Part shown: positions 1 through 11,589 of the stretch, in pieces
Layout of the letters: each line of letters opens with the position of its first letter
Position numbering within the stretch: the stretch's first letter is position 1
Assembly: GCF_018350175.1 (NCBI RefSeq)
Contig: NC_058369.1
Location: forward strand, 26,910,001-26,974,000
DNA from: Felis catus
Lineage: Eukaryota
Length of the DNA: 64,000 nt
Reading direction: 5' to 3'
Notes under the pieces: model-generated
Databases searched by the model: none
What the model saw: only the letters and a program-made list of their open reading frames with translations
Told to the model about the DNA's origin: nothing
Program-made: the position numbers and the translations under genes

Positions 1-486
1 GTAACATAAAGAAAAAAATTAATAGTGAGCTTCTGTCCATATCTCTTATGCTTTTCCTTACTGAGTAATCACAGGGCGAATCACTTAACAAATTTACTGC
101 CTTTAACATTGTTGTCTTTTTTCTTATACATTATATAATCTTTGCATTGACACATAATATTATTGCCATATGATTGTCATGAGTAGCCATTAATGACAGA
201 CTTTGCAGAGGAAGACTAAAGGGAAACAATAAAGGAAATAATTCATCTGATCTCAAAGTTTCCTAAACCAATTAATAAACCACAACAATAAGCTTTAATT
301 TTTTACAACTCTTTTGTACAGACTTGTAATCATTCTTAGCTAATCATTAAAAGATTACATTTTGCATTGCTATCTTTTTTTAACATTAGTTATTAAATAG
401 TTCATTTATTTCCTATTCCAAGTCTACTCTGACATAAAAAATTCAAACTGTTAAATAATGCAAAAGAGTTGGGCTTTGACAATAAT

Positions 487-1200
487 GTTCATTCATTCAT
501 GGGATAATTATTTAGCTCCTAGATACTTAACAGGACAGATAACCCTTGAGGAGTTTAAAATATAGCAGTAGAGGCATAGATGAATAAATACATAAATAAA
601 TACATAATTTAATACAGTAGTGATAAGTGCTATTTATAAAAGGGAAAGAGATACAGAGCTTAGAACACCAATGAGGGCTATGTAGATATGGTGATGAGGG
701 AAGAACTTTCAATAAGGGAAACGTGAACAGTGCCCTGAAGGTAGTAGGGAGTATGAACTGAGTAAATATCTGAGGTAAGACCCTTTGAGGCACAGGGAAG
801 CAAGTACAAAGATTCTGAAGTGGTCATGTGCATCTTCCAAGAACATTGGTAAAGAAGCCCATGATGCTGAACTGCTATGAGGAAGGGAACAAAAGAGGAA
901 ACAGGGTCAAAGAGATGATGAGGGGCCATATTATGAAAAGTGTTAAGGTCAAATAAAGATTTTGGATTTTATTTAAGTACAAAAGGAGTCATTGGAGGGC
1001 TTTGAACAGAGCGCAAATTTGAATTTAAATGTAGGGTATATGATAAAAAGGCAAATCAGGCATGATTCTTAGGTTTTTGGCCTGGGAATTGGATACAACG
1101 TGATGCCATTTATTGAGGTGGGGAAAACTAGGGAAGAATGGATTTAGAGGAGAAATCAAAATGCCTCTGAGAAATTCTGGTGGCTGGAAATATGCATATG
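487..1200 (-). mobile_element. L2 LINE fragments
   Basis: ttcattcattcat tail and purine-rich L2-type body (ttggagggctttgaacaga, ggtttttggcctgg). Confidence 0.7.
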
Positions 1201-1416
1201 AAACTAATACCTAGAATTTAAAGTAGCTGTTGAAATTCTTGTCCATGGATCCCAGGAGGTTTATTCTGCAGCCACTACTGTTTGTATTTATCTCCCCTCT
1301 TTGCCTAATTTTTACTCCTGCCTTAGACCTTATGGAGGGGCAGAGGACATTCTTCCTATTGGAGAAGGATAGTAGTCCCTATGTGGATGATGATAGTGGT
1401 ATAGAGTGGGAATAGT

Positions 1417-2070
1417 TATTCAATTATAGGCATTTGTTGAAACCTTGCTGTGTGCAAAATCATAATAGGGAGCAAAAGCAAACAGAGTCTTTGTCTTCAC
1501 TGACCTTAAAATCTGGTGCATAGTAGGGCATAGTGGCTTAGATAAGACCTTAATCAGGTAATCACAAAAGCAAACATAACATTGTAATGATATCATGTAA
1601 TGGAACAGAGATGCATGTTGCTGGAGTGTATAACAGGAGGAGTTATGTCTTGATATGGAGGTCAAGGAATGCTTTCTGTTATCATGAGTAGTTATGTGAA
1701 AGGTGAGTAGGAGTTAACTAGGCAAAGAATGGTCCAGGGAGAGGGAACAGCATATGCAATAGTCCTGTGGCAGGAGGGACTATGGTACATATTCATATGT
1801 AAAGAAGACTAGACTATGGCAGGAGCACAGAGAGTGAGGGATAGCATTGCACAAGATGAAGGTGGAGATTCACACAGCAAACAGTTAATGGCTTGTAGGC
1901 CTCATGGTTTGAGAAAAATCATTGTGGTTACAGTGTAGAGAATGGATTGAGGCTGAGGGATGGAGGAAAAGGACACAAAGAAAGGATTAGGGAGACCATG
2001 GATCTCAGCAAGGAGGCTTCTGTAGTAGTCTAGGTGAGAGATGAGGGTGGTTTGGATAGGGTGGCATAGA
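1417..2070 (-). mobile_element. L2 LINE fragment
   Basis: catttgttgaaaccttgctgtgtgc 3' end and gggaacagcatatgcaatagtcctgtggcagga motif. Confidence 0.75.
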
Positions 2071-2156
2071 ACTAGGGTAAGATCAACTTCCCAGGGGGAG
2101 CTGAGGAAGTGGGGAGCTGAAGCTCAGTCTCAAATAGAGGCACCAATGCTAAGAAA

Positions 2157-2365
2157 TAGTACAGCAGGGTGATTAAAACTTTGGGCTTTGGAATCAGATG
2201 TTAACACAGATTTGAGACATAACTCTTCTACTTACTGCTGTGTGACTTCACACAGACTTCTTTAAATTGGGGCTAATAGTACCTATACCACAAATCATTG
2301 TAGGGATTAAATCAGACTATATGATAAAATGCTAAGCCAGTACTCAATAATTACAGTATTGTCAC
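2157..2365 (+). mobile_element. MIR SINE
   Basis: gggctttggaatcaga...ctacttactgctgtgtgact...aatagtaccta core. Confidence 0.7.
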
Positions 2366-3619
2366 TTGATGGAATTTAGAAGTCACTTCTAGAAAGAGGT
2401 GTCAGGGGAAAAAACAGTTTTTTTTTCTATATTTGTTGGAAATCTTTAGAGAAAACCATCTACAAATCTACAAATTTACAGGTTTACTGAGCATCCATTT
2501 TCAGCAATCACTTGCAAGAATAATAGGAATTGGTTATTGATTATAGTTTTGATTTTGAGTTAGGCTTTCAAAGGAAATGGTCCTGAGATAGGCTTTTATA
2601 GAAAATGGGCCCTATGTAAAAATATTGACATATAATAAAATTTGTGATCTTAACATCTGTGATCAATGTGATTAAAATTTTGTCCATCTTTATTTGATAT
2701 AATATAAAAAGCAAAACAAAAACAAAGTGTGGAAAAGAGTCCCTTTAGACTCAATTACATGCCATCATTTTCTAAACTTCATTATTTACTTACTATTAAA
2801 GGCTTATGAGTTAATTAATGTCCTGTGAATCACAAATCAATTATTTCACAATGAAGCATAAAATTAGTTTAAAGAGATTCATATATAGGCATGACATGGT
2901 ATATTGGCTTCTCTTCAGAAGTGGATCAAATAAAAATATGTGACAAGAAAAAAATGTAGATGACATGTTAGGTGGTGGGTAACTAATTGTGCTTTCAGCA
3001 TCGGAGCAAAAAAAAGGCATGAGCAGAATTCTAAAAAGCATGCCTTTGCATTTTTGTTTAAAACTTCTAATGGCTTCATAAACATAAAATACTCTCCAAA
3101 TGTGATTCAATTCAAGGACATCTTTATTTTACACACCTAAATGAAATAATATATGTTAAGTGCCCAGCCCAGGGACTGGCATATAGTATTTATAGAATAA
3201 TGTTCTTCCTTTTCCTTCCCCTAAAGAAGGTGCCTCTGCAGTTATTTAATTGCAAATTTTACTAAAAGCACCTTTCTTTTCTTTTAGTAGTATTATGCTC
3301 CTTTCTGAAATTATATGTGTAATACATGCTTATTGCAGATAACTTGGAAAACACAGAAAACAACAACAAAAAGGTCATCTGTGATCATGCCCTAGAGAGA
3401 ACTACTTTTGATATTAAGGTATATGTTATTTTAATACGCTTTTTCTAGAATATTCATTTGGAATTCATAACCTTGGCTTTAAACAGCTTGTTTCATAGAG
3501 TACATGATAAGGAGATTTAGCCAGCTAGGGTCTATGTTGTTATTTTTGAAAAACAGAACAGATCCTAATTGCCAAATTGCCAAGCTGTGTAGATATTTTT
3601 CACTTGTTCAAATCTTTTA

Positions 3620-4315
3620 AAAATAAACCTCATTTTAAGAAATAGGTTTAGATTTACAGAAAAATGGCAAAGATATTACAGAGCGTTCCCATGTACCCTG
3701 AGCCCAGTTTCCCCTATTATTAACATCTTGCAGAAGTGTGGTATGTGTGTTACAATTAATGAACTAATGTTGAATGCTATTAATAACTAAAGCTCAGACT
3801 TTATTCAGATTCCCTTAGTTTTTACCTAATGTCCTTTCTCAGTTTCAGAATCTCATCTAGAATACTACATTGCATTTAGTTGTCATGTCTCCTTAAGTTC
3901 CTCTGGACTGGGAAAGTTTCTTAGATTTTCCTTGTTTTAATGACCTTGAGAGTTTTAATGAGTACTGGTCATATATTATTTGGAATGCTGCATGGGAGAT
4001 TTGTTTATTCTCTCATATGTATGTATATATGTATGTATACATGACTTACATATGTATTTATCACTTATCTAAGTCAGTATGGACTCATGGATATTTGGTT
4101 TATACTTTGGGCTATAATCCAATACTTCCTTATTTTGTTGCTCAAATTACTATAGCTTTGGCCATTGTGATCTCTTGCAATTGACTACTGTGTTTTTTTG
4201 ACATAAACTTTTTATTGGAGTCCTTTTTTTTTTGCTTGTTTTGTTTGAGTACTTTCTTACATTTTGGCACTATAAGATGCCCTAGATTCATTTTGGAAAT
4301 TTCCTGTCCCTGTCC
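3620..4315 (-). mobile_element. Old L1 3' end (L1MC/L1MD-like)
   Basis: tttagatttacagaaaa...cagtttcccctattattaacatctt...ttacctaatgtccttt pattern. Confidence 0.75.
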
Positions 4316-4344
4316 CAATCTGTCTATAATTAAAATTAAAATCA

Positions 4345-4462
4345 GTAGGGTCTAGAATCAGATGACCTTACTTCAAATCCTGGCTTAGCCATTTGCCAGC
4401 TATATGATCTAGAACTGTTTTACCTTTTGGGAGATGAGCAGGGCCCAGTTTCCTCATCTGTC
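4345..4462 (+). mobile_element. MIR SINE fragment
   Basis: ctagaatcaga...ttcaaatcctggct...cagtttcctcatctgt. Confidence 0.65.
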
Positions 4463-4721
4463 TGAACTTTTTTAGGGCAGGATGTTTTTTGTTTTTTTTT
4501 TCCTTTACTGATACTCAGTACCTATACTTGTGTCTGGGATATAGTGGTATTCAAGGAAGAAATATTTGTTGAGTGAATATAAATTCAGGTAAGCAAGAAA
4601 TATAAATGGCTTTGTTTTCTTATTTTGTTCTGAAATGTATATTTAATTTATTATTTTCAATATAATTTCATTATTATCAAAGTAATATATGCTTAACGAT
4701 GAAATGGTACTTCAAGATTTT

Positions 4722-4930
4722 TAAAAAATGTTTGTTTATTTATTTATTTTGAGAGAGAGAGAGCATGAGTGGGGGACAGAAGCAGAGAGAGAGGGGAGAG
4801 AGAGGATCCCAAGCTGGCTCCACACCATCAGTGTGGGAATCCTAGGCAGGGCTTGATCCCAGGAACCATGAGATCGTGACCTGAGCTGAAATCAAGAGTT
4901 GGCCACTTAACTGACTGAGCCACCTAGACT
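4722..4930 (-). mobile_element. CanSINE
   Basis: tRNA-derived head, (GA)n, poly-T; TSD cttcaagatttt at 4710 and 4931. Confidence 0.95.
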
Positions 4931-5033
4931 CTTCAAGATTTTAAGCAAAATAATCATCTTCTAACTCATTCCCTGAGGCAACTACTTTTTAGTTTCCTTA
5001 GCTGATTGTTTTGATACCTCCTTATGTCTAAAT

Positions 5034-5252
5034 TTTATTTTATTTTATTTGTTTTTTGTTTGTTTGTTTATTTTAGAGAGAGGGAGCATGCCCATGTAAG
5101 GGAGAGGGGCAGAGGGAGAGAAAGAATCTCAAGTAGGCTCCACGCTCAGCCCAGAGCCTGATGCCAGGCTCAACCCCACAAACCCGGGAACATGACCTAA
5201 GCCAGAAGCAGGAGTCGGGCACTCAACTGACTGAGCTACTCAGACGCTCCTA
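5034..5252 (-). mobile_element. CanSINE
   Basis: TSD cttatgtctaaat at 5021 and 5253. Confidence 0.92.
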
Positions 5253-6199
5253 CTTATGTCTAAATAACATGTTTTTATTGTTGCTTCTTGATTTATAAAT
5301 TTTATGCATTGTCTATTCACTTCCAGCTGGGGAGGATGAAGATCTAGCACCACACACTATCTTCTTATCTTCCCATTCTGCTTTCAACATAAACCAGAGA
5401 CCATTAGGAACACAGCTGAAAGCAAGTTAAATTTATTATTTTCTGCAACAAAGAAGACCCTACATCATAGAGAGCAAAGGTGAGTTTCAAAGGGAGTCTT
5501 AAGGGGTGTTACAAAATTTGCGGTGGTCTTAGCAGGGATGGGTCAGACTTTGTAAATGAAGGGGCAGGTGGAACATTAGTGGTTTTAGAAAACATGAGAC
5601 TATGTGAAGTTACCCTTGCCTCAGTTTATTTGTGGTCTTATGTGTAGGAGTCTGAATAAACTGGTGCTAATTGTGAGAGTCTATAAAGAATATCATAGTT
5701 TGGTTTGGTACAGTTCTGTGAATCAGTGCACATTTTATAAAATATAATTTATGAGTTAATTCTCAATTTCTGTCTAACATCCTAGTTTCCAGAAGAGTTG
5801 CTTTTCAATTTATCACTCTCAATAGAGTTATATCAAAACTGTGGTCAAATTAATATTTGGTGCTTACATTTCTACAACTTTTTTGGAAGTGGAGCCACAT
5901 AGTATACTTTTTTTCCTTTCCCTTTTCTCACTTTACTCTCTTATATGTAGACATTTAGAGGTCAGGCATTATTAGTGGAACAGGCTCAAAATAGGTCTTA
6001 CAACCTGGTCTGTAAACTTGCAGAAGTACCTGCTCTTTGTTTTTTAATTTGTTTCACACTGTGTGAAAGTTTGAATGAAATAAATCCAGCAATATTCCTG
6101 AAATTGCATACTTTTCCCTTTAGACAATATCAAACAGTCAGAAGTCCTGCTAGGCTAATAGCTGGTCATGTGATCAAGTTTGGAATCAATATAACAGGT

Positions 6200-6344
6200 A
6201 TCTTTATTTTTATTGGTTGCTAGTCTTATTATTTAGTTGCAAGTGTTCCTTTTATATTCTTGATACAGGAGTTTTGTCAGGTATTTGGATATTTTCTTAT
6301 TTTTTATTTTGAATATTTTCTCTTAGTTTGTGGCTATCAATTTC
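6200..6344 (-). mobile_element. Ancient L1M ORF2 fragment (continues at about 16023)
   Basis: ttcctttatattcttgatac...aatattttctcttagtttgtggct matches antisense L1 ORF2. Confidence 0.65.
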
Positions 6345-6548
6345 ATTTTTTTAATGTTTACTTTTGAGAGAGAGACACAGCGTGAGCAGGGGAGGGGCAG
6401 GGAGAGAGGGAGACACAGAATCTGAAGCAGGCTTAAGGCTCTGAGCTCTCAGCACAGAGCCCAACGCCGGGCTCGAACTCAGGAGCTGTGAGATCATGAC
6501 CTGAACTGAAGTCAGACACTTAACTGACTGAGCCACCCAAGCACCCGC
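6345..6548 (-). mobile_element. CanSINE (felid type)
   Basis: Typical body; TSD atttcatttttt on both sides. Confidence 0.95.
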
Positions 6549-6945
6549 ATTTCATTTTTTTTTTATTTGCTTTCCAAATCTTTTTTAAAATTTTAGTCCA
6601 GTATAGTTAACATACAGTGTTACATTAGTTTCAGGTATACAATATAGTGGTCCATCAATTCCATACGTTACTCAGTGCTCATCATAAGTGTGCTCTTCAT
6701 CCCCTTCCCCTATTTCACCCATCCCTCCACCCACCTCCCCTCTGGTAACCATCTGTTTGTTCTCTGTAGTTAACAATGTGGATGGAGCTTGAGAGTGTTA
6801 TGCTAAGTGAAATAAGTCAGAGAAAGACCAATACTATATAATTTCACTCATATGTGGAATTTAAGACACAAAACAAACAATCATAGGGGAAAAAAAGAGA
6901 GGAAAACCAAGAAACAGACTTTTAACTACAGAGAAAAAATTGATG

Positions 6946-7100
6946 ATATATATATATGTGTGTGTGTGTGTATGTGTGTGTGTGTATACATATATATATG
7001 TGTGTATATATATGTATACACACATATATATGTATATGTATATATATACATACACACATATATATATATGTATATACACACATACACACACACACACACA
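6946..7100. repeat. Compound (TA)/(TG)/(CA) microsatellite
   Basis: Directly visible. Confidence 0.97.
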
Positions 7101-7919
7101 TCTTCTATATCCATTCATCTATTGATGATACTTGGGCTGCTTCCATAATTTGACTATGGTAAGTAATGCTGCAGTCAACATAGAGGTGCAAATATCTTTT
7201 CTAATTAGTGTTTTATATTCTTTGGGTAAATACCCAGTAGTAGTGGAATTTCTGGATCATATGGTAGTTCTATTTTTAATTTTTTGGAAAATTCATGCTA
7301 TTTTCTACAGTAGCTGCGTCAGTTTGCATTCCCACCAACAGTGCAAAAATGATCCCTTTTATCCATATCCTTGCCAACACTTGTTTCTTATGCTTTTTAT
7401 TTTAGCCATTCTGACAGGTATGAGGCATCTCATTGTGGTTTTGATTTTTGCATTTCCCTGATGATGAGTGATGTTGAGCATCCGTTAATGTGTCTTTTGG
7501 CCATCTGTATGTGTTCTTTGGAGAAAGTCTCTTCATGTCTTTTGCCCATGTTTTAATTGGATAATTTTATTTTTTTGGTGTTGAGTCGTATAAGTTCTTT
7601 ATATATTATAGATACCCTTTATCAGATATGTCATTTGCATATATCTTCTCCCATTCATTAGGTTATCTTTTAGCCTTGTTGATTATTTCCTTCAATGTGC
7701 AACAGATTTTTTTTTTTTTGATGTAGTGTCAATAGTTTGTTTTTATTTTGTTTCCCTTGCCTCAGGAGACATATCTAGAAAAATGTTGCTATGGCTGATG
7801 TCACATAAATTATTGCCTGTGCTCTTTTCTGGGATTTTAATGGTTTCAGTTCCTACATTTAGGTTCTAAATCAATTTTGAGTTTATTTTTGTGTGTGGTG
7901 TAACAAAGTGGTCCAGTTT

Positions 7920-7964
7920 GTTTGTTTCTTCCTCTCTCCCTCCCACCCCCCTTCTCATTCTTTC

Positions 7965-8007
<43 letters not shown>

Positions 8008-8193
8008 AAATATCTTTCTTTCTTTCTCTTTCCTCCCTCCCTCCCTTCCTCTCTTCCCATCTCTTTCTTTTTCTTCCTTCCTTCCTTTCTCTCTTTCTCC
8101 CTTTCTCCCTTTCTCTTTCTTTCTTTCGTTCTTTCATTCTTTCGTTCTTTCTTTCTGTTGTTCTTTCTTTCTGTTGTTCTTTCTTTCTGTTGT

Positions 8194-8245
<52 letters not shown>

Positions 8246-8263
8246 TTCTTTTCTTTCTAAATT

Positions 8264-8346
<83 letters not shown>

Positions 8347-8347
8347 G
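7920..8347. repeat. (TTTC)n compound pyrimidine tract within L1 ORF2
   Basis: Directly visible. Confidence 0.97.
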
Positions 8348-8960
8348 TAGTTGTCCAGTTTTCCCAACACTATTTGTTGAAGAGACTGTCTTTTTCCCAT
8401 TGCATATTTTTACCTCCTTGTATGAAGATTAATTGACCAAATAATTGTGGGTTTGTTTCTGGGCTCCCTATTCTATTCCATTGATCTACATGTCTGTTCT
8501 TGTGCCAGTACAGTGTTGTTTTGATTACTACAGCTTTGTAGCATACCTTGAAATCTGGGATTGTGATATTTCCAGTTTTGTTTTTCAAGATTGCTTTGGC
8601 TGTTTGAGGTCTTTTGTTGTTCCATACAAATTTTAACATTGTTTATTCTAGTTCTGGGGAAAATGCTGTTGATACTTTGATAGGGATTGCATTAATTTAG
8701 CAGATTGCTTGAGTAGTATAGACACTTCATGAACATTTGTTCTTCCACTTCATGAACATGGAGTATCTGTCCATTTGTTTGTGTTTTCTTCAGTTTCTTT
8801 CAACAATATTTTATAGTTTTCAGAGTTTAGGTCTTTCACCTCCTTGGTTAAGTATATTCCTAGGTATTTTATTACTTTTGGTGCAGTTGTAAATGGGATT
8901 GTTTTCTTAATTTCTTTCTGCTGCTTCATTATTGGCATATAGAAATACAATTAATTTCTG

Positions 8961-9153
8961 GGGCTGCCTGGGTGGCTCGGTTGCTTAAGCATCTGATTTC
9001 AGCTCAAGTCATGATCTCAAGATTCGTGAGTTCCAGCCCTGCACTAGGGTCTGCACTGACAGTGTGGAACATGCCTGGGATTCTCTCTTTTTCCTTCTCT
9101 CTCTGCCCCTCCCCTCCCTCTCTGTCAAAATAAATATATAAACTTAAAAGAAA
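8961..9153 (+). mobile_element. CanSINE inserted in L1 ORF2
   Basis: TSD agaaatacaatNNatttctg at 8941 and 9154. Confidence 0.93.
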
Positions 9154-11114
9154 AGAAATACAATGGATTTCTGCATATTAATTTTGCATCCTGTGACCTT
9201 ACTGAATTCATTCATCAATACTAATAGTTTTTGGGTGGAGTCTTTAGGGTTTTCTATATATAGTATCATGTCATCTCCAAATAGTGAAAGTTTTACTTCT
9301 TTTTACCGATTTGGATGCCTTCTAAACCTAGATTTGTTGAGGCTTCCTTTTTTTTTTTATCATGAATGGATGTTGTACTTTGTCAAATGATTTTTCTGCA
9401 TCTTTTGGAATGATCATATAGTTCTTACCCTTTCTCTTACTGATGTGATTTATCATGATTGATTTATAAATAATGAGCTACTCTTGCATCCTGGATATAA
9501 ATCTCACTCAATCGTAAATGATTTTTTTAATGTATTGTTGGATTCAGTTTGCTAATATTTTGTTGAGGATTTTTGCATCTATATTCAACAGAGATATTGG
9601 CTTGTCGTTCTCTCTCTCTCTCTTTTTTTTTTTTTTTTGGAAGTGTCTTTATCTGGTTTTGGTATCATGGTAATGCTGGCCTCATAGAATAAATTTGGAA
9701 GCTTCTTTCTTCTTCTGTTTTTGATATAGTTTGAAGAATAGGTATTCTTCTTTGTATATTTGGTAGAATTCACCTGTGAAGCTGTGTGGTCCTGGACTTT
9801 TGTTTGTTGGGAGCTTTTTGATTACTAATTCAATTTCTTTGCTGGTAATTCATCTGTTCAAAATTTCTATTTCTTCCTGATTCAGTTTTGGGAGGTTATA
9901 TGTTTCTAGGAATTTAGCCATTTCTTCTAGGTTGTCCAATTTGTTGGCATATAATTTTTCATAATATTCTCTTATGATCCTTTGTATTTCTGTGGTGTTG
10001 GTTGTTATTTCTCATCTTTCATTTCTGATTTTGTTTGAGTCTTATCTCTCTTTTTCTCTTTTTTGATGAGTCTGGCTAAAGGTTTATAAATTTAGTTAAT
10101 CTTTGCAAAGAACCATCCCTGGTTTCATTGACCTGTTCTATTGTTTTTTAGTTTCTATTTTATTTATTTCTGCTGTAATCTGTATTATTTCCTTCATTCT
10201 ACTGGTTTGGGGTGTTGCTTGCTCTTCTTTTTCTAGCTTCTTTAGTTGTATAGTTAGGTTGTTTATTTGAGATTTTTCTTGCTTCTTGGGGCAGGCCTGT
10301 ATCACTATAAACTTCCCTCTTAGAACCACTTTTGCTGTGTCGCAAAGATTTTGGACCGTTGTGTTCTCATTTTCATTTGTCTCCACATATTTTTTGATTT
10401 CCTCTTTGATATCTTGGTTGACCCATTTATTGCTTGGTAGCATGTTTTAGCCTCTATGTATTTGTCTTATGTCCAGATTTTTCTTGTGGTTGATTTCTAG
10501 TTTCATAGCATTGTGGTCAGAAAAAATGCATGATATGCCTTCGATCTTTTCAAATTTGTTGCAACTTGTTTTGTCGCCTAATATGTGATCCATTCTGGAG
10601 AATGTTCCATGTACACTTGAAAATAATGTGTTTTCTGCTGTTTTAGAATGGAATGTTTTGACTATATCTGTTAGATTCATCTGATCCAGTGTGGCATTCA
10701 AAGCCACTGTTTCCTTGTTGATTTTCTTTTTAGATGACCTATCCATTGTTGTAAGTGGGGTGTTAAAGTCCCCTATTATTATTATATTATAATCGATTAC
10801 TTCTTTTAGTTTATTATTAGCTGCTTTAAGTATTTGGGTGCTTCCATATTGGGTGTATATGTACAATTGTTATATCTTCTTTTTGGATTGTTTCCTTTAT
10901 GCTTATATAGTGTCCTTCTGTGTCTCTTGTTAGAGTCTTTGTTTTAAAGTATATTTTGTTTGATATAAATATGGATATCCTGGATTTCTTTTCACATTTA
11001 TAAATGCCTTTCCATCCCTTCACTTTCAGTCTATATGTGTCTTTAGGTCTGAAAAGAGTCTCTTTTAGCCTGCATATATATGGCTTTTACTTTTTGTTCA
11101 TTCTGTCACCTGTC

Positions 11115-11531
11115 ATTTTATTCTTTTTAGGTAATATTCTTTTTTTCTGCTTTTTAATTTTTGTTTTTAAAATTTACATCCAAATTACTTAGCATATAGT
11201 GCAACAATGATTTCTGGAGTAGATTCCTAGTGCCCCTTACCCGTTTAGCCTATCCCCCCTCCCACAACCCCTCCAGCAATCCTCAGTTTGTTCTCCATAT
11301 TTAAGAGTCTCTTCTGTTTTGTCCCCCTCTCTGTTTTTATATTATTTTTGTTTCCCTTCCCTTATGTTCATCTCTTTTGTCTCTTAAAGTCCTCATATGA
11401 GTGAAGTCATATGATTTTTGTCTTTCTCTGACTGACTAATTTCACTTAGCATAATACCCTCCAGTTCCATCCACGTAGTTGCAAATGGCAAGATTTCATT
11501 CTTTTTGATTGCTGAGTAATACTCCATTGTA

Positions 11532-11589
<58 letters not shown>

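Noticed and set aside
6852..8436. Long ORFs rich in YI/CV/HT or FLS
   Set aside because: Translations of microsatellites
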